64,000 nucleotides of DNA from Candidatus Uhrbacteria bacterium (GTDB taxonomy: Bacteria; Patescibacteriota; Patescibacteriia; UBA9934). The stretch is taken from contig CAINGB010000001.1 of assembly GCA_903848275.1 (NCBI GenBank), positions 1,175-65,174 of the forward strand, written 5' to 3'. Within the stretch, counting starts at the first letter, position 1, and every line of letters starts with the position of its first letter. Below the pieces are notes generated by a model. That model did not search any database, was not told the DNA's origin, and saw nothing but the letters and a program-made list of their open reading frames with translations. Position numbers and translations under genes: made by a program. Shown piece after piece: positions 10,295 to 19,362 of the stretch.

Positions 10295-11497
10295 CTACAC
10301 GGTCTCTTCGTTCTTGGACGATCGCGAGCCCACCCAGTCAGAGGCCCGCACTAGCTCCTTCTTGATCATCGCCAGATGCGACTGTCGATTCATCGGCGTA
10401 ATGTGACTCAAAGACACGCTCAGACAGACGTTGATCTCCAACAAGACTTTGTTCTTGAAGCTCTGCCCCAGCGACTCAGGCAGCGCTGCTCGCCGCTCGT
10501 GAATCGCCGTGATCCACTCATTCCACATCTCGTCCGTCACCACCGTCCGGTGCTTGACCGCATCCGATACCTCGGTCACGAGGCCCTCGAACTCGTACTG
10601 CCACACGAGCAGCTTGAAGCAGTCGATGATGTTCTTCATGAGCTGCCGCAGGAACTCCATCGCGCCGGACTGATGTCCGCGACTCTCCGGCAGAAGACTA
10701 CCGATGACGCGCGCCACCTCCTCAGCGTCACGGATGCAGTGTGCACCCGGATCCACAAATGGCCTGACCACGAACAGGTCCTGCATGGTGGCCGCCAGCA
10801 GCTTGAAGTAGTCACGCACCGTCGGCTTGAACGCCTCCTGCCACACCAAGCCGAGCTTCTGCTCGAGTTCCGGTAGCAGCCCCTTGACCTGCTCGATCAC
10901 CGAACCGATGTACTGGTCGATCACCGTGCCAAGCGACACCACAATCTGCTGGTCCGTGTCGAGCTCTGCTCCGCGCTGGGCGGTGCGGATGGCCGCCGCC
11001 GAGTAGCCCAACCGCTTGCGCGAACTCGGGCCATCACGCTTGTTGGTCTTGCGGATGAGGTCACGCGCCTTGCGCACCTGCTGGTTGTTCGTGCCAAGGA
11101 GCTCCTCCCCCTCGTCTTCGAGCAATGCCTGCAGCTTGTTGCTTAGCGCCACCAGCTCGTCATACTTGGCGAACACGTCGCCGTAGGTCGCCGCCAGACT
11201 GAGGAGTGCCAACTGGTTCAGGTCGCGCACCAAGCACAGCTGCATATTCACCCACGAGTGGATGTACATCTGCATACGCCGAGCCTTGTACGCGTTGTCC
11301 GCAGACAGCCAAAGCTGCACGTACTTGCCCTTGCGTGCCCGCATGGCCTTCATGTCCGGCCCGAACAACGTTCCTGGCTTGACCTTGTTGTCGACGTCGA
11401 CTGCCACGAGGATCTTGTTCTCAGACCCGGGCAGATAGAACCAGGTTCCGCGGTTCTCAGCTTTCGCAGTCGGCACAGTGAGTTCAAAAATCTTCAT
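10295..11497 (-). CDS. hypothetical protein in a locally GC-rich insert (no recognised domain)
   Basis: 400-aa ORF; GC visibly higher than neighbours (long GC-only antisense ORF 10376..10876 is a symptom); flanked by hairpins. Confidence 0.6.
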   Translation of the reverse strand: MKIFELTVPTAKAENRGTWFYLPGSENKILVAVDVDNKVKPGTLFGPDMKAMRARKGKYVQLWLSADNAYKARRMQMYIHSWVNMQLCLVRDLNQLALLSLAATYGDVFAKYDELVALSNKLQALLEDEGEELLGTNNQQVRKARDLIRKTNKRDGPSSRKRLGYSAAAIRTAQRGAELDTDQQIVVSLGTVIDQYIGSVIEQVKGLLPELEQKLGLVWQEAFKPTVRDYFKLLAATMQDLFVVRPFVDPGAHCIRDAEEVARVIGSLLPESRGHQSGAMEFLRQLMKNIIDCFKLLVWQYEFEGLVTEVSDAVKHRTVVTDEMWNEWITAIHERRAALPESLGQSFKNKVLLEINVCLSVSLSHITPMNRQSHLAMIKKELVRASDWVGSRSSKNEETV

Positions 11498-11593
11498 CTC
11501 GTCTTCCTTTAGCAGCCTGCGCCGCTATTCACGTTTATCTGGCCGGAAATCGACCAGAGCGAATATTAGCCTAAAAACAACGACAAAGTCAAC

Positions 11594-12001
11594 CTATACG
11601 ACCAGTTCTGCCTTAATCTTCTCTGCCACCATCGCCAGCTCTTCTTGCGTTGGGTGCGTCTTCGCAAAAGCCCGTGCTACTCCGTCGACCCGCGGCATCA
11701 AATGTAAATGCGTGTGGAAAACGTCTTGTCCAGCAGCTATCCCATGGTTCATGCCTAAATTATAACCACTCGCTCCCACCGCTTTCATAATCGCCGGCGC
11801 CGTCAAATAAATCGCTTTCATCAGCTCAACAGCTTCATCAACACTCCCAACTGCCAAATTCTCCGCATGTTTCTTCGGCACAAACAACGTATGTCCCACT
11901 GACACCGGACCAATATCCAAAAACGCCAACACATGTTCATTCTCAAACACTTTATGACACGGAATCTCCCCCGCAATTATTTTACAAAAGATACAGTCCA
12001 T
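11594..12001 (-). CDS. HIT-family (histidine triad) hydrolase
   Basis: Histidine triad HTHLHLMP; N-term MDCIFCKIIAGEIP. Confidence 0.8.
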   Translation of the reverse strand: MDCIFCKIIAGEIPCHKVFENEHVLAFLDIGPVSVGHTLFVPKKHAENLAVGSVDEAVELMKAIYLTAPAIMKAVGASGYNLGMNHGIAAGQDVFHTHLHLMPRVDGVARAFAKTHPTQEELAMVAEKIKAELVV

Positions 12002-12348
12002 ACCGGTAAAATTAAACAACCAAGGCTTAAAAGTAAACGCAACTCACCAAATATCACACCCTCTCGCCAAACGATCACCGCCAGCACGCCGCCGATCGCC
12101 AACGCTGGCAAATAATACCAGCGATAATTCACCGGTGTCGGCTTCGTGAACGCATAAAGAGTACCGAAAATTACCGCGAGCAGCAAGACCAAATGCGGCG
12201 AAAAAACATAGCTCACAAAGCCCGGGCTCTTGTATTCGATAGTTAACAAGGCCAAATAACTCGCCAAACTCGTATAGAACGCCGTGCGCAATAATCGTTG
12301 ATACATATTACCTATACCAAGCAATCTTAATCTTCTCAATATCGACAC
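11977..12348 (-). CDS. small integral membrane protein (about 4 TM)
   Basis: Hydrophobic segments throughout; no other motif. Confidence 0.4.
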   Translation of the reverse strand: MSILRRLRLLGIGNMYQRLLRTAFYTSLASYLALLTIEYKSPGFVSYVFSPHLVLLLAVIFGTLYAFTKPTPVNYRWYYLPALAIGGVLAVIVWREGVIFGELRLLLSLGCLILPVWTVSFVK

Positions 12349-12844
12349 TGTGCCCGTCAGCCTTCACTTGCGGCGCTGACAAAATAAATTTAATCGTGCC
12401 ATTAGTTCGCGGCAACTGCGTAATATCAAAATTAACCGTCGACTCCTGCCAGTCGCTGCTCTCGACCACAAAATTATCAAACGTTCGCAAGTCAAAACTA
12501 TTCGTCGTCATATCCGTAATCACGCCCAGCTTAAAAATCGGCTGCTCATGATTACGGTAGTACAACGTTACCTCGGCACTGGTGTAATCTCCGTTCGGCA
12601 CTTTCGCCGTAAAATAAGCCGGGTCATCAACCATTGTCACATACTCATTATCCGTCGACGCTGGGACTCGGGCTACCGGCAAAATACGATTGATATAAGG
12701 CGACCTATCAAGCGCATTCACCCGCACCACAAACGTACCACCTGGCGCCCAGTGCAACCAAGCTAACACAACAAGCAACGTCAAAGGCACAGCAATAATC
12801 GCCGCATGTTCCAGTCCCTCAATTACTTGCGCTCTTTTCAACAT
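12308..12844 (-). CDS. hypothetical protein with N-terminal TM anchor
   Basis: N-terminal hydrophobic helix then a soluble domain. Confidence 0.4.
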   Translation of the reverse strand: MLKRAQVIEGLEHAAIIAVPLTLLVVLAWLHWAPGGTFVVRVNALDRSPYINRILPVARVPASTDNEYVTMVDDPAYFTAKVPNGDYTSAEVTLYYRNHEQPIFKLGVITDMTTNSFDLRTFDNFVVESSDWQESTVNFDITQLPRTNGTIKFILSAPQVKADGHSVDIEKIKIAWYR

Positions 12845-12898
12845 ATTTTTTGGTCTACATTCAATGTATACATTGAATGTAGACCACTTATCCCCAGG

Positions 12899-14464
12899 TC
12901 ACCTAACCGAAATTCTATATAACGCCTCATCTTCGATATTATCGACCAGCTCAATCTTCAAGCCCATCTTTCCTAGCTTATCATCATTTAAATAATTAAG
13001 GTCGACTTCCGGAAACGGAATCCCGAAGTAATACAACGGCGCCAGCTTAACAGCTATCGGCATGGCTGCATACGTCGCCTCACTTCGTAACGGCTGAATT
13101 ACATGTCGTTCTGGCCACAAAAACTTATCAGCTCGGTCCACAACAATAATCGAATCCACCTCGGTCTCCGCCAATATCGTATCCCTCTTCGCTGCACTTG
13201 CCAGCAGAACTTGCCGAGTTTTAAGCAAGCCATCACTACCACCGAAAACCAACGAGCTCGACAATAATGCAACTACCAACAACCCTCCTTTCAGCCGCCA
13301 TCTCAACAACCCTTTAGTCGCAAACAACGTTGCCAACACAAACAGCGGCAACCAATAGCGCAAATGCGAGTCCCCAATTGTAATCGCCGTCGGATCTGGA
13401 TTGTCATTAAACGACCAACTACCGTACAACACGCCCAGCCACGCAGCCAAAATCAACGTGCCAAGCGCCAGCTTGCGCCAGCCTCCTTTTTCGCGCAACG
13501 ACACATAAATCCCAATCGCCGCCAAAATACTCAGCCACCAGAATAAACCAATCCCATAATGCCAAACATTTTTAATGATCGCTTTCGGGTGCACACCAAA
13601 CGGTAACAGCAAATTGATAATCGAACGTTGAATAGGCAGGGTCACCGTCCCCCGCCCCTGTAAATTTTCATGGTCAATTGCCTCCGCGGACACATGACTA
13701 TCAACCACCGTATACCCCGTCGACCACGGTTGCTGATACAAAGCAACATTGAGACTCGCATTCACAGCAATCGGCAAAGCAAAACCGAGCAGCAACATCA
13801 GCCACGGCAATTTACCAGCCACCTCTTTGCGATACGTAATCGAGATCGCCATTACTACTGGCAATATCCAAACTAATTCCGACAAGCGAAAAAACGCCGC
13901 CAAGCCAATGCCCAAGCCAGCCAGCAAAAACTCCAGCCAAGCCTTCTTCAACGGCTTCACCACCACCAACCACACCGCGAAAATAAGAAAGCAAACAAAC
14001 CCCACGTTCGGCATCATCGTGCGGGCCGCGTAATACCAAACCGCTGGCTGCAACGCCAACATCGTCGTCGCCACATAAGCGAATATCTCATTCTTCGTTA
14101 CCTTTTTCACCGTGGCGAACCAAGCGAATAAAGCTAACATCAACAAAATCGGCGTCAATAATCGCAAACCAAAAGTACCAACTAAATGTCCAAACAAACC
14201 AGCTGCAAACGACAAGCCAAGAAAACTCCCCGGCACAATAAACTCGCCCACCGCTAACGCACTCCGCGGGTGCACCAGCCCTCTCAACTGCGCTGTCACG
14301 TCGTCATGGATAGCTAGACTACCAGTCTGCAACATTGAGTTTGCAAACGTATAATTAGCATTCTCATCCGGCGAAGTAAAAGACGCCGACACCCCAACCG
14401 TCAACCATGACGTCGAACAGAAATAAATGACGAGCGCTACAATAATTACAATCTTCTTTCGCAT
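12899..14464 (-). CDS. GT-C fold glycosyltransferase-like polytopic membrane protein (ArnT/PMT-like)
   Basis: More than 10 TM helices; N-terminal loop with DE-containing motif; start moved to MRKKIVIIV to avoid a 139-bp overlap; contains an in-frame REP. Confidence 0.45.
   Translation of the reverse strand: MRKKIVIIVALVIYFCSTSWLTVGVSASFTSPDENANYTFANSMLQTGSLAIHDDVTAQLRGLVHPRSALAVGEFIVPGSFLGLSFAAGLFGHLVGTFGLRLLTPILLMLALFAWFATVKKVTKNEIFAYVATTMLALQPAVWYYAARTMMPNVGFVCFLIFAVWLVVVKPLKKAWLEFLLAGLGIGLAAFFRLSELVWILPVVMAISITYRKEVAGKLPWLMLLLGFALPIAVNASLNVALYQQPWSTGYTVVDSHVSAEAIDHENLQGRGTVTLPIQRSIINLLLPFGVHPKAIIKNVWHYGIGLFWWLSILAAIGIYVSLREKGGWRKLALGTLILAAWLGVLYGSWSFNDNPDPTAITIGDSHLRYWLPLFVLATLFATKGLLRWRLKGGLLVVALLSSSLVFGGSDGLLKTRQVLLASAAKRDTILAETEVDSIIVVDRADKFLWPERHVIQPLRSEATYAAMPIAVKLAPLYYFGIPFPEVDLNYLNDDKLGKMGLKIELVDNIEDEALYRISVR
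13631..13656 (+). repeat. REP hairpin AATAGGCAGGGTCACCGTCCCCCGCC (copy inside a CDS, in-frame)
   Basis: Matches the REPs flanking the RAYT gene at 17190 and 17522; translated as QGRGTVTLPIQ in the minus-strand CDS. Confidence 0.75.
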
Positions 14465-14466
14465 AC

Positions 14467-15045
14467 TTACAAAGAGTAGGTCAAAGCAGCGATCGCGCCA
14501 AGCACCGTCGCCACAACTAACGCCCATTGACCAACCAAGATCAAAACCGGAATCTGCAACAAAATAGCTAACAGCAGTAGCGTCATCGATAACACCTGAA
14601 GACACAGCTTACTCTTTCCCCACAAATTAGCCATCATGACTGCTTTATTAGTTCGCGCCCTCAAGCCCCAAAGAATAAATGGCAAAAGATCGCAACCAAT
14701 CGCTGCAACTACAACAATTGGGTTAAAATAACGTAAAGCAAAAACCAGAATTACCGAACCAATCAGCAGTCTATCAGCCACCGGATCGAAAACAATACCC
14801 CATGGGGTAATTTGCCCACGAACCCGAGCTAAAGAACCATCCAGCATATCTGTCGACGCTGTCAGAATAAATAATGGAACACCGAAAGTTAAATTATTAG
14901 TGCCCAGTAAATAGACCACTACCGGAGTTAATACGAAACGCAAAACAGTCAGGTGATTAGGCCTGATAAAAGCTGGAATAAACGGCAAAACCAACGCTCT
15001 TAGTACGTAATCTTGCGGGAACAATTTTGCTGGGTTACGCGCCAT
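14467..15045 (-). CDS. CDP-alcohol phosphatidyltransferase family protein (PgsA-like)
   Basis: Motif DMLDGSLARVRGQITPWGIVFDPVADR (D-x2-DG-x2-AR...G-x3-D-x3-D). Confidence 0.7.
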   Translation of the reverse strand: MARNPAKLFPQDYVLRALVLPFIPAFIRPNHLTVLRFVLTPVVVYLLGTNNLTFGVPLFILTASTDMLDGSLARVRGQITPWGIVFDPVADRLLIGSVILVFALRYFNPIVVVAAIGCDLLPFILWGLRARTNKAVMMANLWGKSKLCLQVLSMTLLLLAILLQIPVLILVGQWALVVATVLGAIAALTYSL

Positions 15046-15100
15046 ATTCTCCCTAATCCCTGTTACAGCTGCCAAGTCTATGTTATTATCATACCAGATT

Positions 15101-17170
15101 ATGGAAAAAATATTCCTTCGAGCTACAATTGCGCTGAGCTTAGTCACAATTCTCGGCAGCCTACTCTACTACACCCTTCCAGTCACCTGGCTCGGCTTAT
15201 TCCTGATCCTCATCTTTTCTGTCTTGGTCGCCATCCTTCTCCCCTTAAAATCCCCCGAATCAAGTCAACCAAAGCTCAGCTTTGGGCGCAAACCAGAAAT
15301 CACGCTGAGCGCGATAATAATCCTTGCGCTAACCGCCTGGTGGACCGTCGTCTTCCCCATCAGTATCACCACCGCCGTTCGCTCCCCTTGGGGCATTGTT
15401 CCCGTTTTCTCCCTAGCAGCTCTCGCGATCGCAATCTTTAGTTTGATTGTATTAACTTCTTCTAGCCGGGTGACGCGGAGGGAGGCCCCTGCCGGGCGCG
15501 CAGCTTGCGAGCATCTGGCGGGGTCCGCAGTGGCAGGACCCGGCCGTAGAGACGATATAATAACCACCGCTCTCTTTATCATTACTTTATTTTCAGCGAT
15601 CTCCATGGCCGCCGTCATCTACCCAATTGGCTTCGGTTTCGACCCCTTTCTCCATCGCGCTACAGTCGAGCACATCGCTACCTTCGGCACCATTACGCCT
15701 AAGCCGTTGTACTACATCGGCCAATACGCCCTCGAGCTCACCCTGCATCTCATCGGCGGCTTACAACTTATCCTCGTCGATCGTTTCCTCCTCCCTCTTC
15801 TCGCCGCCATTTTACTCACCGGCAGCACTCTCCTCGGTCTTGCATCTTACACTAAAATCAAGTCAAATTTCGTCCTCGCTGGCCTCTTACTCTTTCCCCT
15901 CAGCACCCTCATCTCAACAACTCCCCAAGGCCTAGCCTACGTTTTCTGCGCCAGCGCCATCATGCTTTCCTTCACTTCATCACTCATCCCCGCTGGCCTC
16001 TTAGCCCTCGCCGCCGCTATCACTCACCCTATCGCCGGCATTCCCGCCGTCATCTTCGTCTTCACCTCTTATCTCCTCCGTCGAGCCACAAATCGCACAT
16101 ACCAAAAAATAATCTTGGCCTGCGCTTTCATTCTCAGCACCCTCGCCATCCCCACTCTCTTCGCCCTCCAAGCCGCCAAATCCGGCCTCGCCCTCTCTCT
16201 CAACCTGGCTAACCTTTTTGACCTCTCCCGCTGGCACTCTCTCGGCCTCACCTCATTCTTCAGTAATCACTTTAACACCTGGTACGACGCCCTTTACTTG
16301 GTCATCGATAACCTCTTCCTCATCACCATAATCTTCGCTCTCATCGGCTTCTTTTATCACTTAACATCGAAATCCTTTACATTGGGTGACGCGGGGCAGG
16401 TCCCCTGCGCGGCGCGCAACGCAGTGAGCACCGAGGAGGGTGGCCAAGCGGCAGGACCCAATGAACTCAGGCACCCAAATCTCTTATTACTCTTACTCAC
16501 CTCAAGCGCCATGTTCCTGAGCTTCGTCGTCCTCTCCCTCCTCTTCAACTTCGACTTCCTAATCTCCTACGAACGAAGCGACTACGCCTTACGCTGCCTC
16601 ACTTTAGCGCATATTTTCTTAATCCCTCTAGCCGCCTTAGGCCTCGTCACCATCAATAACTTCTTACAAAAAAAACCACTGGCCCTCCGCCTCACCTTCT
16701 TCGTCCTCCTCACCGTTATCGCTATCGGCAACATTTACGGCGCCTATCCTCGCCACGACAACTACGCTACTAGTGCCGGCTTCAACACCTCGCAGGCCGA
16801 CGTCGACGCAGTGCAAAAAATCGACACTCTGGCGGACGGTCAAGACTACATCGTTCTTGCCAACCAAGCCACTTCTGCCGCCGCTATCAGTCTCTACGGC
16901 TTCAAAAAATATTATCACGACGACATCTTCTACTACCCAATCCCAACTGGCGGCCCGCTCTATCAAAAATATCTAACCATGGTCAACAACACGCCGAGCC
17001 TCGACACTATTCATGAAGCTATGGACTTAGCTGGCGTCAATCTGGCCTACTTCGCCATTAGCGATTATTGGTGGGACGCTAAAAACATTATCTCTCAAAG
17101 CAAACTCCTCACCAACTCATGGTTCACGACTCCCGACGGCTCCGTCACGGTCTTTGAATTCCGCCGCTAA
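15101..17170 (+). CDS. large polytopic membrane protein (envelope/glycosylation-type) carrying two in-frame GC-rich repeat insertions
   Basis: 690 aa, many TM helices plus C-terminal soluble domain; two hydrophilic about 28-aa loops are encoded exactly by repeat copies A and B. Confidence 0.55.
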   Translation: MEKIFLRATIALSLVTILGSLLYYTLPVTWLGLFLILIFSVLVAILLPLKSPESSQPKLSFGRKPEITLSAIIILALTAWWTVVFPISITTAVRSPWGIVPVFSLAALAIAIFSLIVLTSSSRVTRREAPAGRAACEHLAGSAVAGPGRRDDIITTALFIITLFSAISMAAVIYPIGFGFDPFLHRATVEHIATFGTITPKPLYYIGQYALELTLHLIGGLQLILVDRFLLPLLAAILLTGSTLLGLASYTKIKSNFVLAGLLLFPLSTLISTTPQGLAYVFCASAIMLSFTSSLIPAGLLALAAAITHPIAGIPAVIFVFTSYLLRRATNRTYQKIILACAFILSTLAIPTLFALQAAKSGLALSLNLANLFDLSRWHSLGLTSFFSNHFNTWYDALYLVIDNLFLITIIFALIGFFYHLTSKSFTLGDAGQVPCAARNAVSTEEGGQAAGPNELRHPNLLLLLLTSSAMFLSFVVLSLLFNFDFLISYERSDYALRCLTLAHIFLIPLAALGLVTINNFLQKKPLALRLTFFVLLTVIAIGNIYGAYPRHDNYATSAGFNTSQADVDAVQKIDTLADGQDYIVLANQATSAAAISLYGFKKYYHDDIFYYPIPTGGPLYQKYLTMVNNTPSLDTIHEAMDLAGVNLAYFAISDYWWDAKNIISQSKLLTNSWFTTPDGSVTVFEFRR
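15465..15544 (+). repeat. GC-rich element, copy A (GCCGGGTGACGCGGAGGGAGGCCCCTG...GGCAGGACCCGGC), in-frame in a CDS
   Basis: Conserved termini GGGTGACGCG...GGCAGGACCC with inverted flanks; subfamily shared with copy E. Confidence 0.8.
16382..16461 (+). repeat. GC-rich element, copy B, in-frame in a CDS
   Basis: Interior nearly identical to copies C and D (GGTCCCCTGC...GAGGAGGGTGGCCAAGCGGCAGGACCC). Confidence 0.8.
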
Positions 17171-17504
17171 TTAATAATAGTAATTTCTCAATAGGCGGGG
17201 TCACCGTCCCCCGCCGTAATTCCCTTTCTGAAAACCACCGAGCCATAAAACCCTTTACCCCCTTCATATAATCACTAAATGTTTTTGTTCCCTGTGGCCA
17301 GATAATACAATGGAAATGATCGGGCATTACCACGGCTGCAATCAGTAAAACGTTATATTGCTTCGAATAGTATTTCAACTCCTTTATCAGCATCAATGCA
17401 GCTTCTTCGTCTATAAACAATGGCAATCGATTAAACGTAGTGGATGAGATAAAATGTGGCAAATTCAGCTCAGTCCACAAAGCATGAGTTCGTGCAGAAC
17501 GCAT
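17145..17504 (-). CDS. REP-associated tyrosine transposase (RAYT, IS200/IS605 TnpA-like Y1 HUH)
   Basis: HUH motif VMPDHFHCII, N-terminal pattern LPHFISSTTFNRLPLF, Tyr in SDYMKGV; flanked by inverted REP hairpins; ORF 3' end reads through a REP. Confidence 0.7.
   Translation of the reverse strand: MRSARTHALWTELNLPHFISSTTFNRLPLFIDEEAALMLIKELKYYSKQYNVLLIAAVVMPDHFHCIIWPQGTKTFSDYMKGVKGFMARWFSERELRRGTVTPPIEKLLLLISGGIQRP
17190..17215 (+). repeat. REP hairpin AATAGGCGGGGTCACCGTCCCCCGCC (3' flank of RAYT)
   Basis: Stem GGCGGGG/CCCCGCC; seen directly. Confidence 0.8.
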
Positions 17505-17521
17505 AATAGATTATTTATCAT

Positions 17522-17547
17522 GGCGGGGGACGGTGACCCCGCCTATT
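17522..17547 (-). repeat. REP hairpin, inverted copy (5' flank of RAYT)
   Basis: Reverse complement of the 17190 copy, including the AATA flank. Confidence 0.8.
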
Positions 17548-17566
17548 AATTAGCTCAATAACCAAG

Positions 17567-18154
17567 TCAGCTAATCTGCTCAGTTAATTCAGCTATTCGG
17601 CTTTGTGCTAAGCCCGTCCGATGCGCCAACAACTCTACCTCATGATCCGTTAAATGCTTAGCCAGTAATACGTTCGCCTCAGCCAAAGCTGCAAATTCAA
17701 TATCCGTTAAACCAGTAATCGCCGTCACGGGGTACGTCATAGCCGTCAGCTTTGAAACCAATTCATCACCATCAATCAAGCGCAAACCTTTGTGACTCGC
17801 ATAAGCCACAGCCTCCTGACTAAAAACGCTATTTGTCACCACCCAATACTCATCAAAGTGCGGGCAAGCCTGCACATCAGCCCCATCCAGCAAATCAAGA
17901 TAGGTCGCGTACGCCGCCAACACCGTCTGCAACGTCACCAGTTGCCCGTGCTCGGGTAAAAACACCGTTTTAATAGCGTAGGTCTTACAAGTTTGTTGGG
18001 CCACCACGTCGAGGTCATGCGTTGCACAAGCCCCTGGTACAGCTACTCCACATTCAGCCTTGAAACCCTGTTCGTTTAACATCGCAGCCACAAAATGCGT
18101 GAACGCTAAATTCACAACGCCTAGACGCAACAAGGCACGACGTAAATCCTCCAT
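17567..18154 (-). CDS. restriction endonuclease-like (Mrr_cat / PD-(D/E)XK) domain protein
   Basis: D-LDVVAQQTCK pattern and C-terminal RLIDGDEL resemble the Mrr catalytic domain; weak. Confidence 0.4.
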   Translation of the reverse strand: MEDLRRALLRLGVVNLAFTHFVAAMLNEQGFKAECGVAVPGACATHDLDVVAQQTCKTYAIKTVFLPEHGQLVTLQTVLAAYATYLDLLDGADVQACPHFDEYWVVTNSVFSQEAVAYASHKGLRLIDGDELVSKLTAMTYPVTAITGLTDIEFAALAEANVLLAKHLTDHEVELLAHRTGLAQSRIAELTEQIS

Positions 18155-18160
18155 ACGCCT

Positions 18161-19354
18161 CTATTGTACTACAAGTGTGGTCAACAGGTCTCGTCCTTTA
18201 GCTTCCCATTCACTCAAACCAAGCGTCTGCTTTTCTAAAATATAATCCGCCACATACTGGACAGCTGCTACATGGTCAGTAGCATTCAACTCCTTGGCAT
18301 ATTTCTCGACGTAAGCATAATGCAACTCTTCACGCTTAGCATCATCTTCCACCTGTCGCCAAGATTCAGCTTCAATCACCACCGCAAACTCCGAGCCACC
18401 GTCATCCAACGCCTTTTGCAAATAGGCCACCAATTCTTCTTGCACGTCACTAATGGTCCGGCCAGACAAATCATCCTTAGACAATCGACCCTTCAACTTC
18501 GCTAATAACGCCGCCACCTGCGCATCCGAATTAGCAAAATCAAGATGCAAATCCTGCGTTACATAAAATGGCTTCATGTCGTAAGTAATCTTTTCCGGAT
18601 GAGCGTTAATATCCGCCGCCACCAAACCCTCATACAACGCCCGAGCTGTACCAAAACTCATCTTCGTGTCTACAAAACTATACAGTAAATATTGCAGAGC
18701 TGCTGGTACATGAGCTGACGGCCCACCAAACTTACGCAACACATCCACAATAAACACCGCTTGGTTTTGACTCCGTTGTGGGTCACCAATCGCATAGCTC
18801 TGCCGATGACGCAACCATTGTAGAGACGACGTCGTCGGCAAACCCAAAACTCGAAGCGAACCCAGTACCTGCGAGAAACCAGCCGTCACCACATAGTCAG
18901 CTTTGACGCCTAAAATATGCTCAATCTGAGCAATGCCGTAATCCAAACCAGCAAACGCACAGGCATTGGCCAAGTAATAATCGGTCGGCAAATAATTGCC
19001 CGGTGGAATATAGCTATAAGTACCACGCGGCACGCTCGTCACTTTTACCGTCCAATCTTTCACGTTGATCGCAAACAAATGAATAGCGTCGCAATGCTGC
19101 TCCTTGCCCTCTTTTCGTGAATCAATACCGAGCACCAGCACATTCACCACATTCTCATCACCAAAAGGTGCTGCGTCCGTCTCAAGCGTTGTCGCTGCTC
19201 GTTCTGCCAAAACTGTCTGCACCACATCAGCAATTTGTGGCACCGGAGCAGCAATCTCCTCAGCCTGGGTATGGAAAATTATCACTACTACCACGCACAC
19301 CACCACAAAACTCGTAACCACTCCTAGCAACAACCGTAAGCGAAAGCGGGACAT
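18161..19354 (-). CDS. LytR-CpsA-Psr (LCP) family cell-envelope phosphotransferase
   Basis: N-terminal TM anchor; LCP motifs VLVLGIDSR...HCDAIHLF. Confidence 0.8.
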   Translation of the reverse strand: MSRFRLRLLLGVVTSFVVVCVVVVIIFHTQAEEIAAPVPQIADVVQTVLAERAATTLETDAAPFGDENVVNVLVLGIDSRKEGKEQHCDAIHLFAINVKDWTVKVTSVPRGTYSYIPPGNYLPTDYYLANACAFAGLDYGIAQIEHILGVKADYVVTAGFSQVLGSLRVLGLPTTSSLQWLRHRQSYAIGDPQRSQNQAVFIVDVLRKFGGPSAHVPAALQYLLYSFVDTKMSFGTARALYEGLVAADINAHPEKITYDMKPFYVTQDLHLDFANSDAQVAALLAKLKGRLSKDDLSGRTISDVQEELVAYLQKALDDGGSEFAVVIEAESWRQVEDDAKREELHYAYVEKYAKELNATDHVAAVQYVADYILEKQTLGLSEWEAKGRDLLTTLVVQ

Positions 19355-19362
19355 ATCTTTTA

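Noticed and set aside
10376-10876. 166-aa plus-strand ORF
   Set aside because: Antisense to the 10295..11497 gene; open only because the region is GC-rich (few stop codons); Arg/Leu/His-rich nonsense composition.
15265-16251. ORFs 15265..15618(-), 15627..15935(+), 16001..16237(-), 16069..16251(-)
   Set aside because: Overlap the 15101..17170 membrane-protein gene and/or the GC-rich elements; low-complexity translation.
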